Shown in pieces: positions 27,767 through 38,300 of a stretch of DNA of 64,000 nt (its first letter is position 1; every line of letters begins with the position of its first letter). A model generated the notes under the pieces. The model was given only the letters and a program-made list of their open reading frames with translations. It did not search any database and had not been told where the DNA came from. The position numbers and the translations under genes are program-made. The DNA is from a virus (Duplodnaviria; Caudoviricetes), in the IMG/VR virus record IMGVR_UViG_3300033074_001883, positions 1 through 64,000 of that record; one strand, written 5' to 3'.

Positions 27767-28579
27767 TCAGACCACCCGCATCATCAAGCCACGGTAGTGG
27801 TCGGAGATGTCCTTGAGGAGGCCCGTCATGCTGCGACCGTCGCCCCAGAGTTCGGTGCGGTACGACGAGATGAGGCCGGAGAACACGGGCGGAAGCTGGC
27901 CGTTGTTCATGATGCCGACGCTCTGCGAGAGGCCGTCGATACCCGACGAAACGCTCGTCACCCCGGGCGGGAAGATGGTCTGGCCCATCTGCGAGAGCAC
28001 GTTGATGGCCGCGAGCTTGGAGACCGCGTCCACGAGGTCCATCGGGATCTTCCCGTCCTCGAACCCCGCCGTGTACGAGATGCGGAAGAGCTGCGGGAGG
28101 TAGCCCATGCCCGCGAACATGAGCGGGAGGTACGAACCGCCACGCCCGAGAATCACCTGCGAGAGGGTGCCCTGCGTCGGCACGAGTTGAATCTGCCCGT
28201 GCTCCTTGGTTAGCCGCACCCATTCGAGGGGGAACTCGAAGATGGTCTGCCCGGTCGGGTACACGGCCGAGACGGACTCGACCGAGATGACCGGGTACTC
28301 GAACAACTGGAGGAACGCGAAGAGTTGGTAGTCGCTGACGTGGTAGTCGTGGCGCTCGTCGGTGATGACTCGACGAAGGATGTTAACCTTCGTGATGCGC
28401 TCGATGGTCGCGGCTGCCGTGCTGATGTGGTGCGTGTAGAAGCTCGATGGGATCGGGCCCCCCTCCTTGTCCACGAAGTCCAAGCCGGACAGGTAGTTCT
28501 TCTGGAGCATGTCCGGTGAAAGCTGTGAAACAGCCTCTTCCACCTTGAGCCCTGAAACCACCTGCGGCACGGACGGCAT
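27767..28579 (-). CDS. Head-tail adaptor protein
   Basis: HISTAAATIERIT.V...ERHDY...PQLFRISYTAGF...IP.DL.DAV.KLAA...S.S.GIDGLSQS. Confidence 0.75.
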   Translation of the reverse strand: MPSVPQVVSGLKVEEAVSQLSPDMLQKNYLSGLDFVDKEGGPIPSSFYTHHISTAAATIERITKVNILRRVITDERHDYHVSDYQLFAFLQLFEYPVISVESVSAVYPTGQTIFEFPLEWVRLTKEHGQIQLVPTQGTLSQVILGRGGSYLPLMFAGMGYLPQLFRISYTAGFEDGKIPMDLVDAVSKLAAINVLSQMGQTIFPPGVTSVSSGIDGLSQSVGIMNNGQLPPVFSGLISSYRTELWGDGRSMTGLLKDISDHYRGLMMRVV

Positions 28580-28600
28580 GGACGTCTCCTCGGATGAAGG

Positions 28601-28945
28601 TTAGCGGCGCTTCTTGGGGGCGGGCTTGGCAGCGGCCTTCGCGTTCGGCGTGGCGGGCGGCGTGGGCGCGGGCTCTTCCTCCGGGGCCTCCTCGTCGACT
28701 TCCGGGGCAGTCTCGACAGACCCGGTGGCGGGGATGAACTCGCCCATGTTGATGCTGTTGGTGGTCGTCTCGACGACGGGCTCGGGGGCGGGTTCGAGGC
28801 TCTTGAAGCCGAGGCCGGGCTGGCAGAGGAACTTGCCCTGCTCCTCGGTGACGTCGGCGCAACCCTCCGCGTCGAAGGTGACGACGCCGACCGACGTGGA
28901 CGAGGTGAAGCTCTTCAGGGAAACGTGCTTGATGCGCATGGACAC
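28601..28945 (-). CDS. Small virion-associated hypothetical protein
   Basis: 114 aa (alternative ATG at 28939). VTFDAEG.A.V pattern, acidic Pro-rich tail. Follows the major capsid gene. Confidence 0.6.
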   Translation of the reverse strand: MSMRIKHVSLKSFTSSTSVGVVTFDAEGCADVTEEQGKFLCQPGLGFKSLEPAPEPVVETTTNSINMGEFIPATGSVETAPEVDEEAPEEEPAPTPPATPNAKAAAKPAPKKRR

Positions 28946-28979
28946 TAACCTTGTTGGTGAGGGTGAGACTGCAAACTAC

Positions 28980-29013
28980 GACGGGGTGGCGACCTCTCAG
29001 CCACCACCCCGTC
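28980..29013 (-). terminator. Hairpin downstream of the major capsid gene (probable intrinsic terminator)
   Basis: GACGGGGTGGC...GCCACCACCCCGTC inverted repeat about 25 nt after the MCP stop, followed on the minus strand by GTAGTTTG. Confidence 0.55.
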
Positions 29014-29038
29014 AAGCTACGTCATCTCGCTGTGCTCG

Positions 29039-30505
29039 TCAGGAGTCAGCGACGTTGATGAAGAGGACGTTCTTCCTCGGGGTGTACAGGATGTACGTGA
29101 GGTAGATGAGCTGCATCCAGCGGATGCTGGCAGCCACCGTCGCGAGGGGGATCTTCATCATCGGGGCGAGCTGGCGCACGGCGTAGTTCTGGAGGTTGTT
29201 CTGCACCATGAACGCCTGCGACGTGGCCGGGATGAACCAGTTGCGGTCCGTGTAGACGGCTCCGCCACCGGCACGCGCCACCATCGTCATGATCTTCGCC
29301 GTCGCCGCCGCGTCACCGCCGTTGTTCGTGCGGTAGATGCGGTACGCGGTCGCCGCGTTCGCACCACCACCGTCGGTGATGGTCATCGCGACCGACTGGC
29401 CAGCCGCGAGGGTCGGGGAAGCGACCGCCGAGGGAGCCGACTCGCCGAAGCGGTTGACGGCCGTGGCGTAATACTGGTGCACGCCGATTTCCGCGCCACC
29501 CGCCTTGAACATCGACGCTGTGTCAGCGCCCGGAGCACCGGCCGCGATGGTCGGAGCGTTGGGGGCCTTCGACGAGGTCGCCACCAGCGGGATGGTCTTG
29601 ATGCCGCCGACGCCACCGCGCGAAGCACCCGAGCGGAGGAAGATGTTCGGCTTGAAGTTGATCGCGCCAGCGTTCGACTCGAACGCCTTGATGGCGAGAC
29701 CGACCTTGCCCTCGACCGGGAACGGCAGGTTCAGCCGCTCACGCGGGTAGAACTGCTTGCTGATGTCGGACTGGGCCTGCGGAGCGAGCATCAGGTCCGT
29801 CGGCACGCCGTAGTTCTGGACGATGTAGTTCGTCGCAGTCTCCAGATCGTTTTCGAGGATCTTCTCGCCGCGCTTGTCGATGATGACCGTGTTCGCCGCC
29901 GACTGGAGGATGTCCGTCGCGGTGTACAGGTCGGTGTTCGGGTTCGCGACCGAGCAGCCGTCCATGATCTGCTTCGCGAGGCCGTCGAACTCCTGCGAGA
30001 TCATGTCCGAGCGACCGAAGTGCAGAGCACGTTCGAGCTGCTGAACGAGCCAGATCGCGCCGTTCTGCGTCTCCAGACCGATGGCGTTGCCGTGCGCCGG
30101 GCGCACGAGCGTCATCGGGTGCGTGACTTCACGCGTGGTGCCGAGGAACTTCACCAGAGCCGTCTTGCGCTCGTAGGTGCTATCCTGCGTCTCGGGGAGG
30201 TCACCTTCGTTCGTGAAGGCTCCCGCCTCCGCGCCGTAGTCCGTCAGACGGTTGTACTCTTCGACCGTGCTGAAGGCCGGGAGCTTCGGAACCATCTTCC
30301 AGAACTGAATGTGACCGAGGGTGGTCGTGACGACACGAAGGGTGGCCTCCAGAGACTCCACCCGAAGGACGTTACCGCCCGAGGTAGGAGGGTTCTGGGT
30401 GCCAGCGCTCAGGGCCTTGTTGAGGTTCTCGACGTCTTGCGCCGAGGACATCCCGAAGCCCTGAATCCCTTCGTAGTCACGCAGACTGACCATGTTGCCG
30501 CTCAT
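29039..30505 (-). CDS. Major capsid protein (SPO1/Twort-like)
   Basis: LNKALSAG...GGNVLRVESLEATLRV, AFSTVEEY, F..EGDLPE..DS.YERK...VKFLG.TR.V, ..E.ALHFG.S...EFDGL. Confidence 0.92.
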   Translation of the reverse strand: MSGNMVSLRDYEGIQGFGMSSAQDVENLNKALSAGTQNPPTSGGNVLRVESLEATLRVVTTTLGHIQFWKMVPKLPAFSTVEEYNRLTDYGAEAGAFTNEGDLPETQDSTYERKTALVKFLGTTREVTHPMTLVRPAHGNAIGLETQNGAIWLVQQLERALHFGRSDMISQEFDGLAKQIMDGCSVANPNTDLYTATDILQSAANTVIIDKRGEKILENDLETATNYIVQNYGVPTDLMLAPQAQSDISKQFYPRERLNLPFPVEGKVGLAIKAFESNAGAINFKPNIFLRSGASRGGVGGIKTIPLVATSSKAPNAPTIAAGAPGADTASMFKAGGAEIGVHQYYATAVNRFGESAPSAVASPTLAAGQSVAMTITDGGGANAATAYRIYRTNNGGDAAATAKIMTMVARAGGGAVYTDRNWFIPATSQAFMVQNNLQNYAVRQLAPMMKIPLATVAASIRWMQLIYLTYILYTPRKNVLFINVADS

Positions 30506-30605
30506 GTGTTGTGTCCTTGCGTGTTGGAACTACGAGGTTGGTTTGATGTTACTGGTTTGAACTTCTGAGGCAGGTGAAGCAGTGAAACGACGACAGAGAA
30601 GCGAA

Positions 30606-30634
30606 GGAGGGAGACGTGGTTAGCGTCTCCCTCC
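30606..30634 (-). terminator. Perfect 11-bp hairpin between scaffold and capsid genes
   Basis: GGAGGGAGACG-TGGTTAG-CGTCTCCCTCC, 7 nt after the scaffold stop; weak U-tract. Confidence 0.5.
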
Positions 30635-30640
30635 GACGGC

Positions 30641-31426
30641 TCAGCTTCCGAACAGCGACTTCAGCTCAGCCGAAAGCTGCGTGTGCATCTGCGGATCGAT
30701 GTACCCCGTCGACTCGTAGGCGCTCACGACGTACGGCTGGAAGCCACCCTTCTCGACGAGCGAGGAGAGTGCGTCGAGAGTCTGCGCCCGGCTGTAGCGA
30801 GGGGCGTCTGCGGACTGCTCGAACCGCTCCACCGCTTCCGACTTGCGGAGGACCGACCGGGGCTGCATCGAGACGGGCGCTTCGTCGATTCCGTCCACCG
30901 ACTTCCGGAGGTTCAGAACCATGTTGCCCATCGCGACGATGGCCTTCTGGATGCGGGCGTTGAAGGCCCGCTGCTCGTTGGCGAACTCTGCGTTCGACTT
31001 CGCGAGACCGTCCACCGACTGGGCGACGATGCCCGTCAGCTCTTCGAGGAACTCCGACACCTCGAAGGCCTTGTTGAGCGTGCCCGAGTCCTGAACCAGC
31101 GACTTCATCGACGCCCCGGTGGGGTCCTTCTCGTCGGCGTTGACGTTGAGGTCGCCGTCCAGATCGCCCTCATCCGCGAGGCCACCGTTGGCCTCGTCCG
31201 TGTCGTCAGGCATGCCCGGCGTTCCCGCCGTGTGCGCCTTGCCGACCGGCTCGTCCGAGTCTTCTTCCGACTCGTCCGACTCGTCCGACTCCTCGGCGTC
31301 CGCCTTCTCGAACTCCTCTTCGTCGGTCTCGGCTGCTTCACCTTCGAGCACGCCGAGTGCCTTGAAAAGCTCGTCCTCGGAAACCTGAGTGTTCTGCTTG
31401 ATGCTCTTCTTCGTGATCTTGTTCAT
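30641..31426 (-). CDS. Capsid scaffolding-like protein
   Basis: ATG 31426 with GGAGG SD. Very acidic N-half, coiled-coil C-half. Lies between protease and MCP, with many L/F-x-K-A/S sites. Confidence 0.7.
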   Translation of the reverse strand: MNKITKKSIKQNTQVSEDELFKALGVLEGEAAETDEEEFEKADAEESDESDESEEDSDEPVGKAHTAGTPGMPDDTDEANGGLADEGDLDGDLNVNADEKDPTGASMKSLVQDSGTLNKAFEVSEFLEELTGIVAQSVDGLAKSNAEFANEQRAFNARIQKAIVAMGNMVLNLRKSVDGIDEAPVSMQPRSVLRKSEAVERFEQSADAPRYSRAQTLDALSSLVEKGGFQPYVVSAYESTGYIDPQMHTQLSAELKSLFGS

Positions 31427-31452
31427 GTGCACTCACCTCCCTTCTGCGTTGT

Positions 31453-31734
31453 TCACTGAATGACTGCGAAATACTGCACTCGGCGGGAGACGCCAGCGGC
31501 AGCGCCAGCCGCGTCCCACGCGTAGATCGAAAACGACTTGCCATCGGCCGCGATGACCTCGGTGAGCGCGAGCGAGGCTGCCGCTTCGCCGCCCGTGTCG
31601 ACGTCGGTGAACGACGCCTTGACGAACAGGATGCGGTCGTTGAGGCCGTCGATCTTGATGCCGGTCTTGGAGCCCGTGAAGGTCTCCTGACCGAGCGCGA
31701 TGACGTTGTTGTGCGTGAAGATAGCTCCGGGCAT
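31453..31734 (-). CDS. Small head-associated protein (possible decoration)
   Basis: 93 aa beta-rich protein in the head operon. Confidence 0.5.
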   Translation of the reverse strand: MPGAIFTHNNVIALGQETFTGSKTGIKIDGLNDRILFVKASFTDVDTGGEAAASLALTEVIAADGKSFSIYAWDAAGAAAGVSRRVQYFAVIQ

Positions 31735-31738
31735 GTGC

Positions 31739-32569
31739 TTAGGCTCCTTTGACAGCGAATCCGAAGATGCGCCTGCACGCCGCTTCGGAGTAGTGGGGGC
31801 GCAACTCGCGGAGGATGCGAACAGCCTCCGCTTCCCGCAGACCGTCGGACTTCCGAACGACCCGCAGCGACTTCTCGGTTGGCTGCTCGTGCGTGCGCTC
31901 CATGTGGGCCGTGTAGCCGCCCTCAGAGCGAAACGCCTTCTTGCAGCCCTTGCACTGCCAGACTGCCTTGACTTCGTCGTGTTCGAGGTCCTGCGGCACC
32001 ATCACGCGGCCACCCGTCGTCGGGGTGATGGCGCTGCCTGCGGAGAGCGCGCGTTCGACGGTCTCGCCATCGAACGACTTCGCGAGGACCTCCCACGTGC
32101 AATTCGGGTTCACCGGGCTGTTGGTGACCGCGACGTTGCGGATCTTCGCCTTCACGATGTGGTTGCCGCGACGCTCGATGACCTTGCCTTCGATGCTGAA
32201 GCCGAGGCGACGCTTGGTGCCTTCGAGGCTCTTGGCGAGGTTCCAGATGTCGTCGACGCGGGAGAAGCCCTTGAGCATGTGGCCGGTCGTGTACCAGCCC
32301 TTGCCCTTGTGGAACTCGGCGGCATCGGGGACGCCCACGACGGCGGAGGTCGACTGGTTGTGGTTGTCGTTGAAGAAGCCGTGCTGCACGAACTCGCTGA
32401 AGTCGAGGCCCTTCTGGAGGACCACTTCGGACTGGCGATCGAGGTGCTCTGTCGAACAGTAACCACCGATGCGACGCGACTCCTCGCCGTCGCCTTCGCG
32501 GCTCTTCAGAATCTCCACCGTTCCGGGTTGCCAGATGGTGAAGAAGTCGTCGTTGAGGAGCTTGGTCAT
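31739..32569 (-). CDS. Prohead protease
   Basis: RRIGGYCSTEHLDRQSEVVLQKGLDFSEF..HGFFNDNH...GFSIEG...VAVT.SPVNP.CTWE..AKS. Confidence 0.9.
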   Translation of the reverse strand: MTKLLNDDFFTIWQPGTVEILKSREGDGEESRRIGGYCSTEHLDRQSEVVLQKGLDFSEFVQHGFFNDNHNQSTSAVVGVPDAAEFHKGKGWYTTGHMLKGFSRVDDIWNLAKSLEGTKRRLGFSIEGKVIERRGNHIVKAKIRNVAVTNSPVNPNCTWEVLAKSFDGETVERALSAGSAITPTTGGRVMVPQDLEHDEVKAVWQCKGCKKAFRSEGGYTAHMERTHEQPTEKSLRVVRKSDGLREAEAVRILRELRPHYSEAACRRIFGFAVKGA

Positions 32570-33453
32570 GAGGGGTCTTCCAGTCGGAGTTGTACCGCCC
32601 GAAGAGAGGTAGCGTCAACGTCGGACTGAAGAACGAGCGCGATGCCCTTGGAGACCGCCCGCTCTTGCCGATGGAACCACTCTTCGTACGAGGGGAACTT
32701 GTCTGTGCCGAGCTTGGGCGCACCCATCCGTCGGTATGCAAGACGGTCGCTGTGATCGAGGACGAATTGAATGCGCAACCACGTGTCGTCGACGCACGCG
32801 GCCGGTAGCAGCGGGCGAAGCACGTCCAAATCCTCACGCTTGATGCGCGCGAGCTTCTTGGTGGCCCACTCCGGCATGGGCAGACGTGCGTAGTACAGGT
32901 ACTTGTGGAAGACGCTCCGGTAACCCTTGTAGTAGCGGCCGAAGGAGAGCCCGTTGTCGATGGCCCAGACCTTCTTCTGCGTCGGGTCGGCGAGGATGTT
33001 CCGGCCGTGCCGGTCGACGTTGTTAACCACGAGGTCGAGGAGAACGATCTTCTGAAGATCGTCGAGGTTCGAGCGGAAGAAGAACTTGGCGAGCTTCTGC
33101 TTCCAGTCGCTCTGCTTCTTGTCGAAAAGCCCGGGCACCACGTCACGCGGTTGCATGCCGGTGACGACCCACTTCTGCACGCTGGCTTCGCGGCCCTTGT
33201 ACTTGGTGAGCACCGTCTCCGGCACCACGCCGAAGTCGAGCACGTGTGCGTCGAGGAGGTACGTCGCGACTTCCCTCCGAGGCAGCTCCTGCTTCGGGAT
33301 GCCCCGGAAGAAGTCGTTCGCGAAGGGCCTCGTCTTGAGGATGCCCTTCTCGCCGTTCGCGTAGACAGCAAGCTGCGCGTCGAACTTCCCCTCTTGAATC
33401 GAGGAGACTTTCGACGGCTGCTCGCTGTTGACGGTCTCGGCGAACTTGGTCAT
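32566..33453 (-). CDS. PI3/PI4-kinase-like (HipA/CtkA-related) kinase
   Basis: GILK, REVATYLLD...FGVVPETV, GREASVQKWV, catalytic-type LDLVVNNVDRHGRNIL and WAIDNGLSF. Confidence 0.8.
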   Translation of the reverse strand: MTKFAETVNSEQPSKVSSIQEGKFDAQLAVYANGEKGILKTRPFANDFFRGIPKQELPRREVATYLLDAHVLDFGVVPETVLTKYKGREASVQKWVVTGMQPRDVVPGLFDKKQSDWKQKLAKFFFRSNLDDLQKIVLLDLVVNNVDRHGRNILADPTQKKVWAIDNGLSFGRYYKGYRSVFHKYLYYARLPMPEWATKKLARIKREDLDVLRPLLPAACVDDTWLRIQFVLDHSDRLAYRRMGAPKLGTDKFPSYEEWFHRQERAVSKGIALVLQSDVDATSLRAVQLRLEDPS

Positions 33454-34043
33454 CAGACGTTGACGAGTGCGAGGTAGGTACGCGTGCCGTTCGGGAGGTT
33501 CGTGCCCGGGAGCACGGTGTTGAACTGGGTGTTGAACGTCGCCGCTTCCGGAACGCCCGTGACGGAGAGAATGCCGACCGCCGCTGCGAGGTTGCGAGCG
33601 ATGCCGAGCTTCGAGCCGGGGCCAGCCGTGGCCGCCGCCGCGTTCGCGCCGACCGCCGTCTTCACGGCCGAGGTGATGGTCTTGAACGCGACGTTGCCGA
33701 CGACCGTCGAGGCCGCGACCGCGACGATGGTCTCCGTCACCGGCTCATCGAACTGGTTCGTGCCGGTGATGACGACGTTGCCACCGTCCCACGACGCGGC
33801 GAAGGCGACCGCGATGTTGCGCGGCTGTGCAGGAGCGGCGGTGACGGTGAACGCGTTGCCTGCCGAGTTGCCTGCGAGCGACGCGAGCACGCCCGTGGTC
33901 GCGGAGGCTGCGGCGGCACCGAGGTTCACGAGCTGCGGGAGGAGGCCGCCCGCCTTGAGGTTGTCCGACGAGGAGATTTCGCGAGTGCGACCGAGGATCT
34001 CAGGGCTGTCGAGGCCCTGAACGACGAGAGTGGCGTTCGGCAT
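33453..34043 (-). CDS. Head decoration/fibre-like virion protein
   Basis: Ala/Gly/Thr-rich; PRNIAV...GNVVITGTNQFDEPVTETI...V.GNVAFKTITS pattern seen in phage structural proteins. Confidence 0.55.
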   Translation of the reverse strand: MPNATLVVQGLDSPEILGRTREISSSDNLKAGGLLPQLVNLGAAAASATTGVLASLAGNSAGNAFTVTAAPAQPRNIAVAFAASWDGGNVVITGTNQFDEPVTETIVAVAASTVVGNVAFKTITSAVKTAVGANAAAATAGPGSKLGIARNLAAAVGILSVTGVPEAATFNTQFNTVLPGTNLPNGTRTYLALVNV

Positions 34044-34079
34044 GGTGTTGCTCCGTGGGTTGGGTGTTGCGGTGGACTG

Positions 34080-34946
34080 CTACGAACCGAGGCCTTCGTA
34101 CACCAGCTTGCCTGACCGGTCGAACTTGAACCCGGGCGGCATCTCCTGAAGCTCGCACTGGCACCACGGGTGGTGACTCTTCACCGTGGGCTGGCGGTCA
34201 GCACGCACGCGGTTCACGTTGGTCCCGGTGGCGAGAAGCTCGCTGAGCTTGAAGACGCGCGGAGCGCCGCTCTTCGTGAGGTAGGCGCTCTTGCACTCCT
34301 CGCACGCGCTCTTGCGCACGCGCTTGAAGACCCACGGGTCTCGCCCCTTGTTCGACTTCTGGATGGTAGCGAGCTTGCCTTCTTGGAAGGCGTTGTTGAT
34401 TTCGGTGACGACGATGCGGTGCCAGTTGTGGGCGTGGTCGTTCGTCGCCTTGCGGAGTGCGCCGACGACCTCGTTGAGGCTCTTCCGCTTCTCGATGCCC
34501 TGCACGAGTTCACGTTTGACGACCGCCGCGAGTCGACGGCGGAGGTCTTGGTCTGCGTCGACGAGGACCTCCTGCGTCGACTGGTCGATGCGACCGCCGA
34601 GGCCCTTGAGGTGCGTCGTGACGGAGCGCTTGATGTGCTTGAGCGCCATCGTCTCCTCGGCGGAAAGCGGCACCGACTTCTGCGTGATGAAGTGCTTGAA
34701 GTCCGCGTACGACATGTCCTTCAGCTTCAATTCCTCCATCGAGTCGGCGAGGAAGCCGAAGAGGAACGCGCCTTCGACGAGGCCGCGCTTCACCTGCGCC
34801 TTGGTGACGAGGCCGGACTTGATGAGGCGGGCGACTTGCTCCTCCGGGAGCGTGTCACCGAGGCCGATCTGAACGAGGAACGCGCTGTGGTGGTCGTCGA
34901 TGATGCGCGAGACCTCCTTCAACTGCCGGTCGCTGAGCGCCTGCAT
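34080..34946 (-). CDS. MuF-like minor head (morphogenesis) protein
   Basis: NWHRIVVTEINNAFQEG...ACEECK...VFKLSEL...HHPWCQCEL...PPGF.FD. Confidence 0.8.
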   Translation of the reverse strand: MQALSDRQLKEVSRIIDDHHSAFLVQIGLGDTLPEEQVARLIKSGLVTKAQVKRGLVEGAFLFGFLADSMEELKLKDMSYADFKHFITQKSVPLSAEETMALKHIKRSVTTHLKGLGGRIDQSTQEVLVDADQDLRRRLAAVVKRELVQGIEKRKSLNEVVGALRKATNDHAHNWHRIVVTEINNAFQEGKLATIQKSNKGRDPWVFKRVRKSACEECKSAYLTKSGAPRVFKLSELLATGTNVNRVRADRQPTVKSHHPWCQCELQEMPPGFKFDRSGKLVYEGLGS

Positions 34947-34947
34947 G

Positions 34948-35328
34948 TTAGCCAGCCTCCGGGTCAGCGGGCTCGGTCTTCCACTCCTCGAACTCGCGCG
35001 TCTTCAACGGGTTCTTTCCGAAGAGCGACTCGTGCTCCTCTGGAGGAAGCTCGTCGTAGTGCGCGTTGCCCTTGAGCCACTCGGGTTCGTCGACGCCGAA
35101 CTTCTTGCAGTACCACCGAAGCGCGGGCCGCACCTTCTCGACGTGGTGACGGCGGGACTGGGTGTTGTCGGCCGTGTGGAGCTTGATGAACGGGTTCGCG
35201 AAGCGGTCGAGGGCGTGCCGCAGCGTCGCCTCGTCGCGGATGCCCGGGAGCACGGTCTCGGGGGAGTAGTAGTCGGGGAGGAGACGAGCCCCGACCTTCT
35301 TGAGACGGAGATGAGGTTTCGCGCGCAT
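34948..35328 (-). CDS. Hypothetical protein, DUF6582-like
   Basis: I.DEATLRHALDRF.N...V..AL...CKKFGV resembles the recalled DUF6582 pattern (HVR.AL.RF.Q...I..AAKKFGI). Confidence 0.45.
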   Translation of the reverse strand: MRAKPHLRLKKVGARLLPDYYSPETVLPGIRDEATLRHALDRFANPFIKLHTADNTQSRRHHVEKVRPALRWYCKKFGVDEPEWLKGNAHYDELPPEEHESLFGKNPLKTREFEEWKTEPADPEAG

Positions 35329-35331
35329 GGG

Positions 35332-38300
35332 TCACACCAACTCGAAGTCGTGAAGCGTCTTGATGAACCGCTTCACCATAGCATCAGTCGGCCGCTTATC
35401 GAGCGCTTCCTCGAAGAGGTCAGACCAGTCAGACATCGAGGCAGGCTTCTTCCGCGCCGAGCGCACGACTTCGACGATGGCCTTGAGCGGAAGCACGACT
35501 CCGCCGCCCATGTCGACCTCGTGCTTCTTGTACTCCTTCGTCTCCGTGTGCGGGCCCTTCAGCTTGTAGGCCCAGCCGCCCATGTAGTTAACCGACGGGG
35601 CCTTCACCTCCGGGTGCTCAGGCTCCGGGGCGGCCTTCGCCTTGCCGCCCTTCGCGGGAGCGGCCTTGGTCGGCTCCGGCTTCTTCTGTTGCGGGAGCGG
35701 CGTCTCCGAAGCCTTCGGCGTGTGCGTCGAGCCGCCCGTGCTGATGATGCCGAGCTTGTCGAGTTCCTTGAGGCCTTCCTTGACGACCTTCTCGACGTCG
35801 TCGCGGTTGTCCCACCACTTCTGGGCTGACGCGAGGTGCGCGGTGTGGTCTTCGACTTCGCCCTTCGCGTTACGCTTGACCTCCGCGTCGACGCCCGCCT
35901 TGAGATGGTCGTCGATGAAGTCCGTGAGCGTGAGGCCGCCCTTCGTCTTCTTGACGGCAGCGAGCACAGCCTGCGCCGTGGGGCTGAGCTTCGACGTCGG
36001 GACCTTCGTCGAGTTCGGCGAGAGCACGTACGTCGGCTCTGGCTGCGTCGGCTCCATGTCCGGTGACGGCACCATCGTACGGCCGAGGTTGCGGTTCTGG
36101 CGAACCCAGTCGCGCTCTTCCTTGTCTACGCGGCTGAGCGCGGTGCGGTACTCCTCTGGAGTGACCTCGCCGTTCTTCTTCTTCACGCCCAAGAGCATGC
36201 GCTTCGTCTTGAGGGACTCCTGCCGGAAGTCGAGGTACTCCTTGTACTCGACCGTCTTCGAGAACTCCTTGAGGTTGAACTTCGGCTGACCGGCGACGAA
36301 GCGGAGGTCTTTTGGCGTAACGAGACCCTGAAGACCCTTCGACCGGATGCGCTCTTGGAGAACGGAGTCCGGCGTCTTCTCGATCTGAGCCGCCGCGATG
36401 CCCTCGTCGCCGCCGAGGACCGCTGCCATCTGCTGCTGCATGCGGGCACTCATCAACGTCTCGTCGTAGGCCGACGACATCGCGACGTCCGTGCCGACCT
36501 TCTTCCCGAGGCCAGCGATCTTCTTCTGGTCGAAGGTCCCCTTGAGGTACATGTTAATCACCTCGACGTCGTTCTTCTGACCGGTGCGCCACACTCGCCC
36601 GAGGGCCTGCTGCTTGTGGCCGATCATGAACGGCTGGTCGAGGAAGACCATCTTGTTCGACTTCTTCTGGAGGTTCAGACCGGCACCACCGGCCTGCGTC
36701 CCGACGAAGAGCACCTTGATCTTCCCGGCGTTGACTGCGTCCTGCATCGCCGCGCGGTCGTTGACGTCGACGCCACCGTGGATCTCGCCAATGAGCGACG
36801 GGTCGATGTTGTGCTTAAGCAACTCCTCCTTCGCGTACTTGAAGGACCCCGGCCACTGGCTGAAGACGACCATCGGCTTGTCGTGGTTGCCGGGCACGTT
36901 GAAGTGCGCCTTCACCAACTCCGCGAGGTGTTCCAGCTTCGGCTGCGCGCCGTCGTAGCCGTGCTTCTTCCACTCGGCCGGGTCGTCGCCGAGCACGAGG
37001 CGCGGTGAGACGGAGAGCATCTGCTGCTGATGCATGACCTTGAAGTGGCCGCCCTTCTCGATCTCCGAGGCCGGGACGAACGGTTGACGCTCCTTCTCGG
37101 GGAGCTTGGCTTGGCGAGCGTCGTAGTCGTGCGGCTTGATGTCACCAGCCAACTCGAAGAGGCGAGCGAACGAAGGCGGGGCCACGAGGCCGTGCGTCGC
37201 GCCGCCCTCTTCGCCCTCGTCGCCGATGAGCCTCGGCAGAACCTGAACAGCCTTCTTGTTAGCCTCGACGACGTCCGGGTCGAGCTTGTTCTTGCGGAAC
37301 ACGTACGGCTGAACGTCCTTCGCGACACGACCCCAGTCAGCGACGGAGGTGACCTCTTCGGCACCCTCCTCGTTGATGCCGACCTCGTCGACCATCATCT
37401 TGTTCTCGAACTTCTTCACGTCCGGGCCAGCGGAGCCCGGGTTGATGAGGTCCATCAACTCGAAGAGTTCCTCTGGCTTGCCGTTCGGCATCGGCGTCGC
37501 GGTGAGGAGGAATGAGTGCTCACGGTCCTTGAGGAACTCACGCGCAGCGGCGTTGTGCGTATTCGCCGCCGTCTTCAGGCCCTGTTGCTCGTGGTGGGCC
37601 TCGTCGAAGAAGACGCACCCCTTGAGCTGCCGGAGCGCCGTGCAGAGCTTGTCGCCGGAGGCGTGGTCGCGGAGCGCCGTGACGAACTCGTCGTCCGTGA
37701 CGCCCTTCTTCTTGACGACCTCGCCCTTGTCGTTCTCCTCGAAGATCTCCGAGCCCTTGAACGACGCACGCGTGTCCTCGTGGAAATTGACCACTGACGA
37801 GGAGAGGATGACGAAGTCGGCTTCGAGGTCGCCGTTCTGGATGGCTTCGAGGACCTTCACGCGGTCCTCTGCGCTCTTGACGTCGTCGCCGATGGTAACG
37901 ACCTTGGCGTCGGGGAAGAACTTGCGGATCTCCCCGGGCCACTGCTTCGTGAGGCCGAGCGGCATCACCATGATGCCGCGTGCGTCGCCCTTTCCGATCT
38001 TCCCTTGCTTAGCCAACTCCTGAAGGTGGGCGATCATCGAGATGGACATGGGCGTCTTCCCCATGCCCGTGTCGTACGCGAGGATGCCGCGTTTGATTTT
38101 CGTCATCCAGCTCAGGGCCTGACGCTGGTACGGGAACAGGTCGTGACCTTGGCCCTGCGCCTTGAAGCCGTCCGCGATACCCTTTGGGGTAGCGAAGCTC
38201 GTGTCTTCTTGCGCGGCCAGCGAGGACTCGATGAGCGCCTTCTGGGCGGCGACCTTTTCGGCCAGCCGCTTGATCGCGTTGTCGTCCTTGAAGAGTGAGT

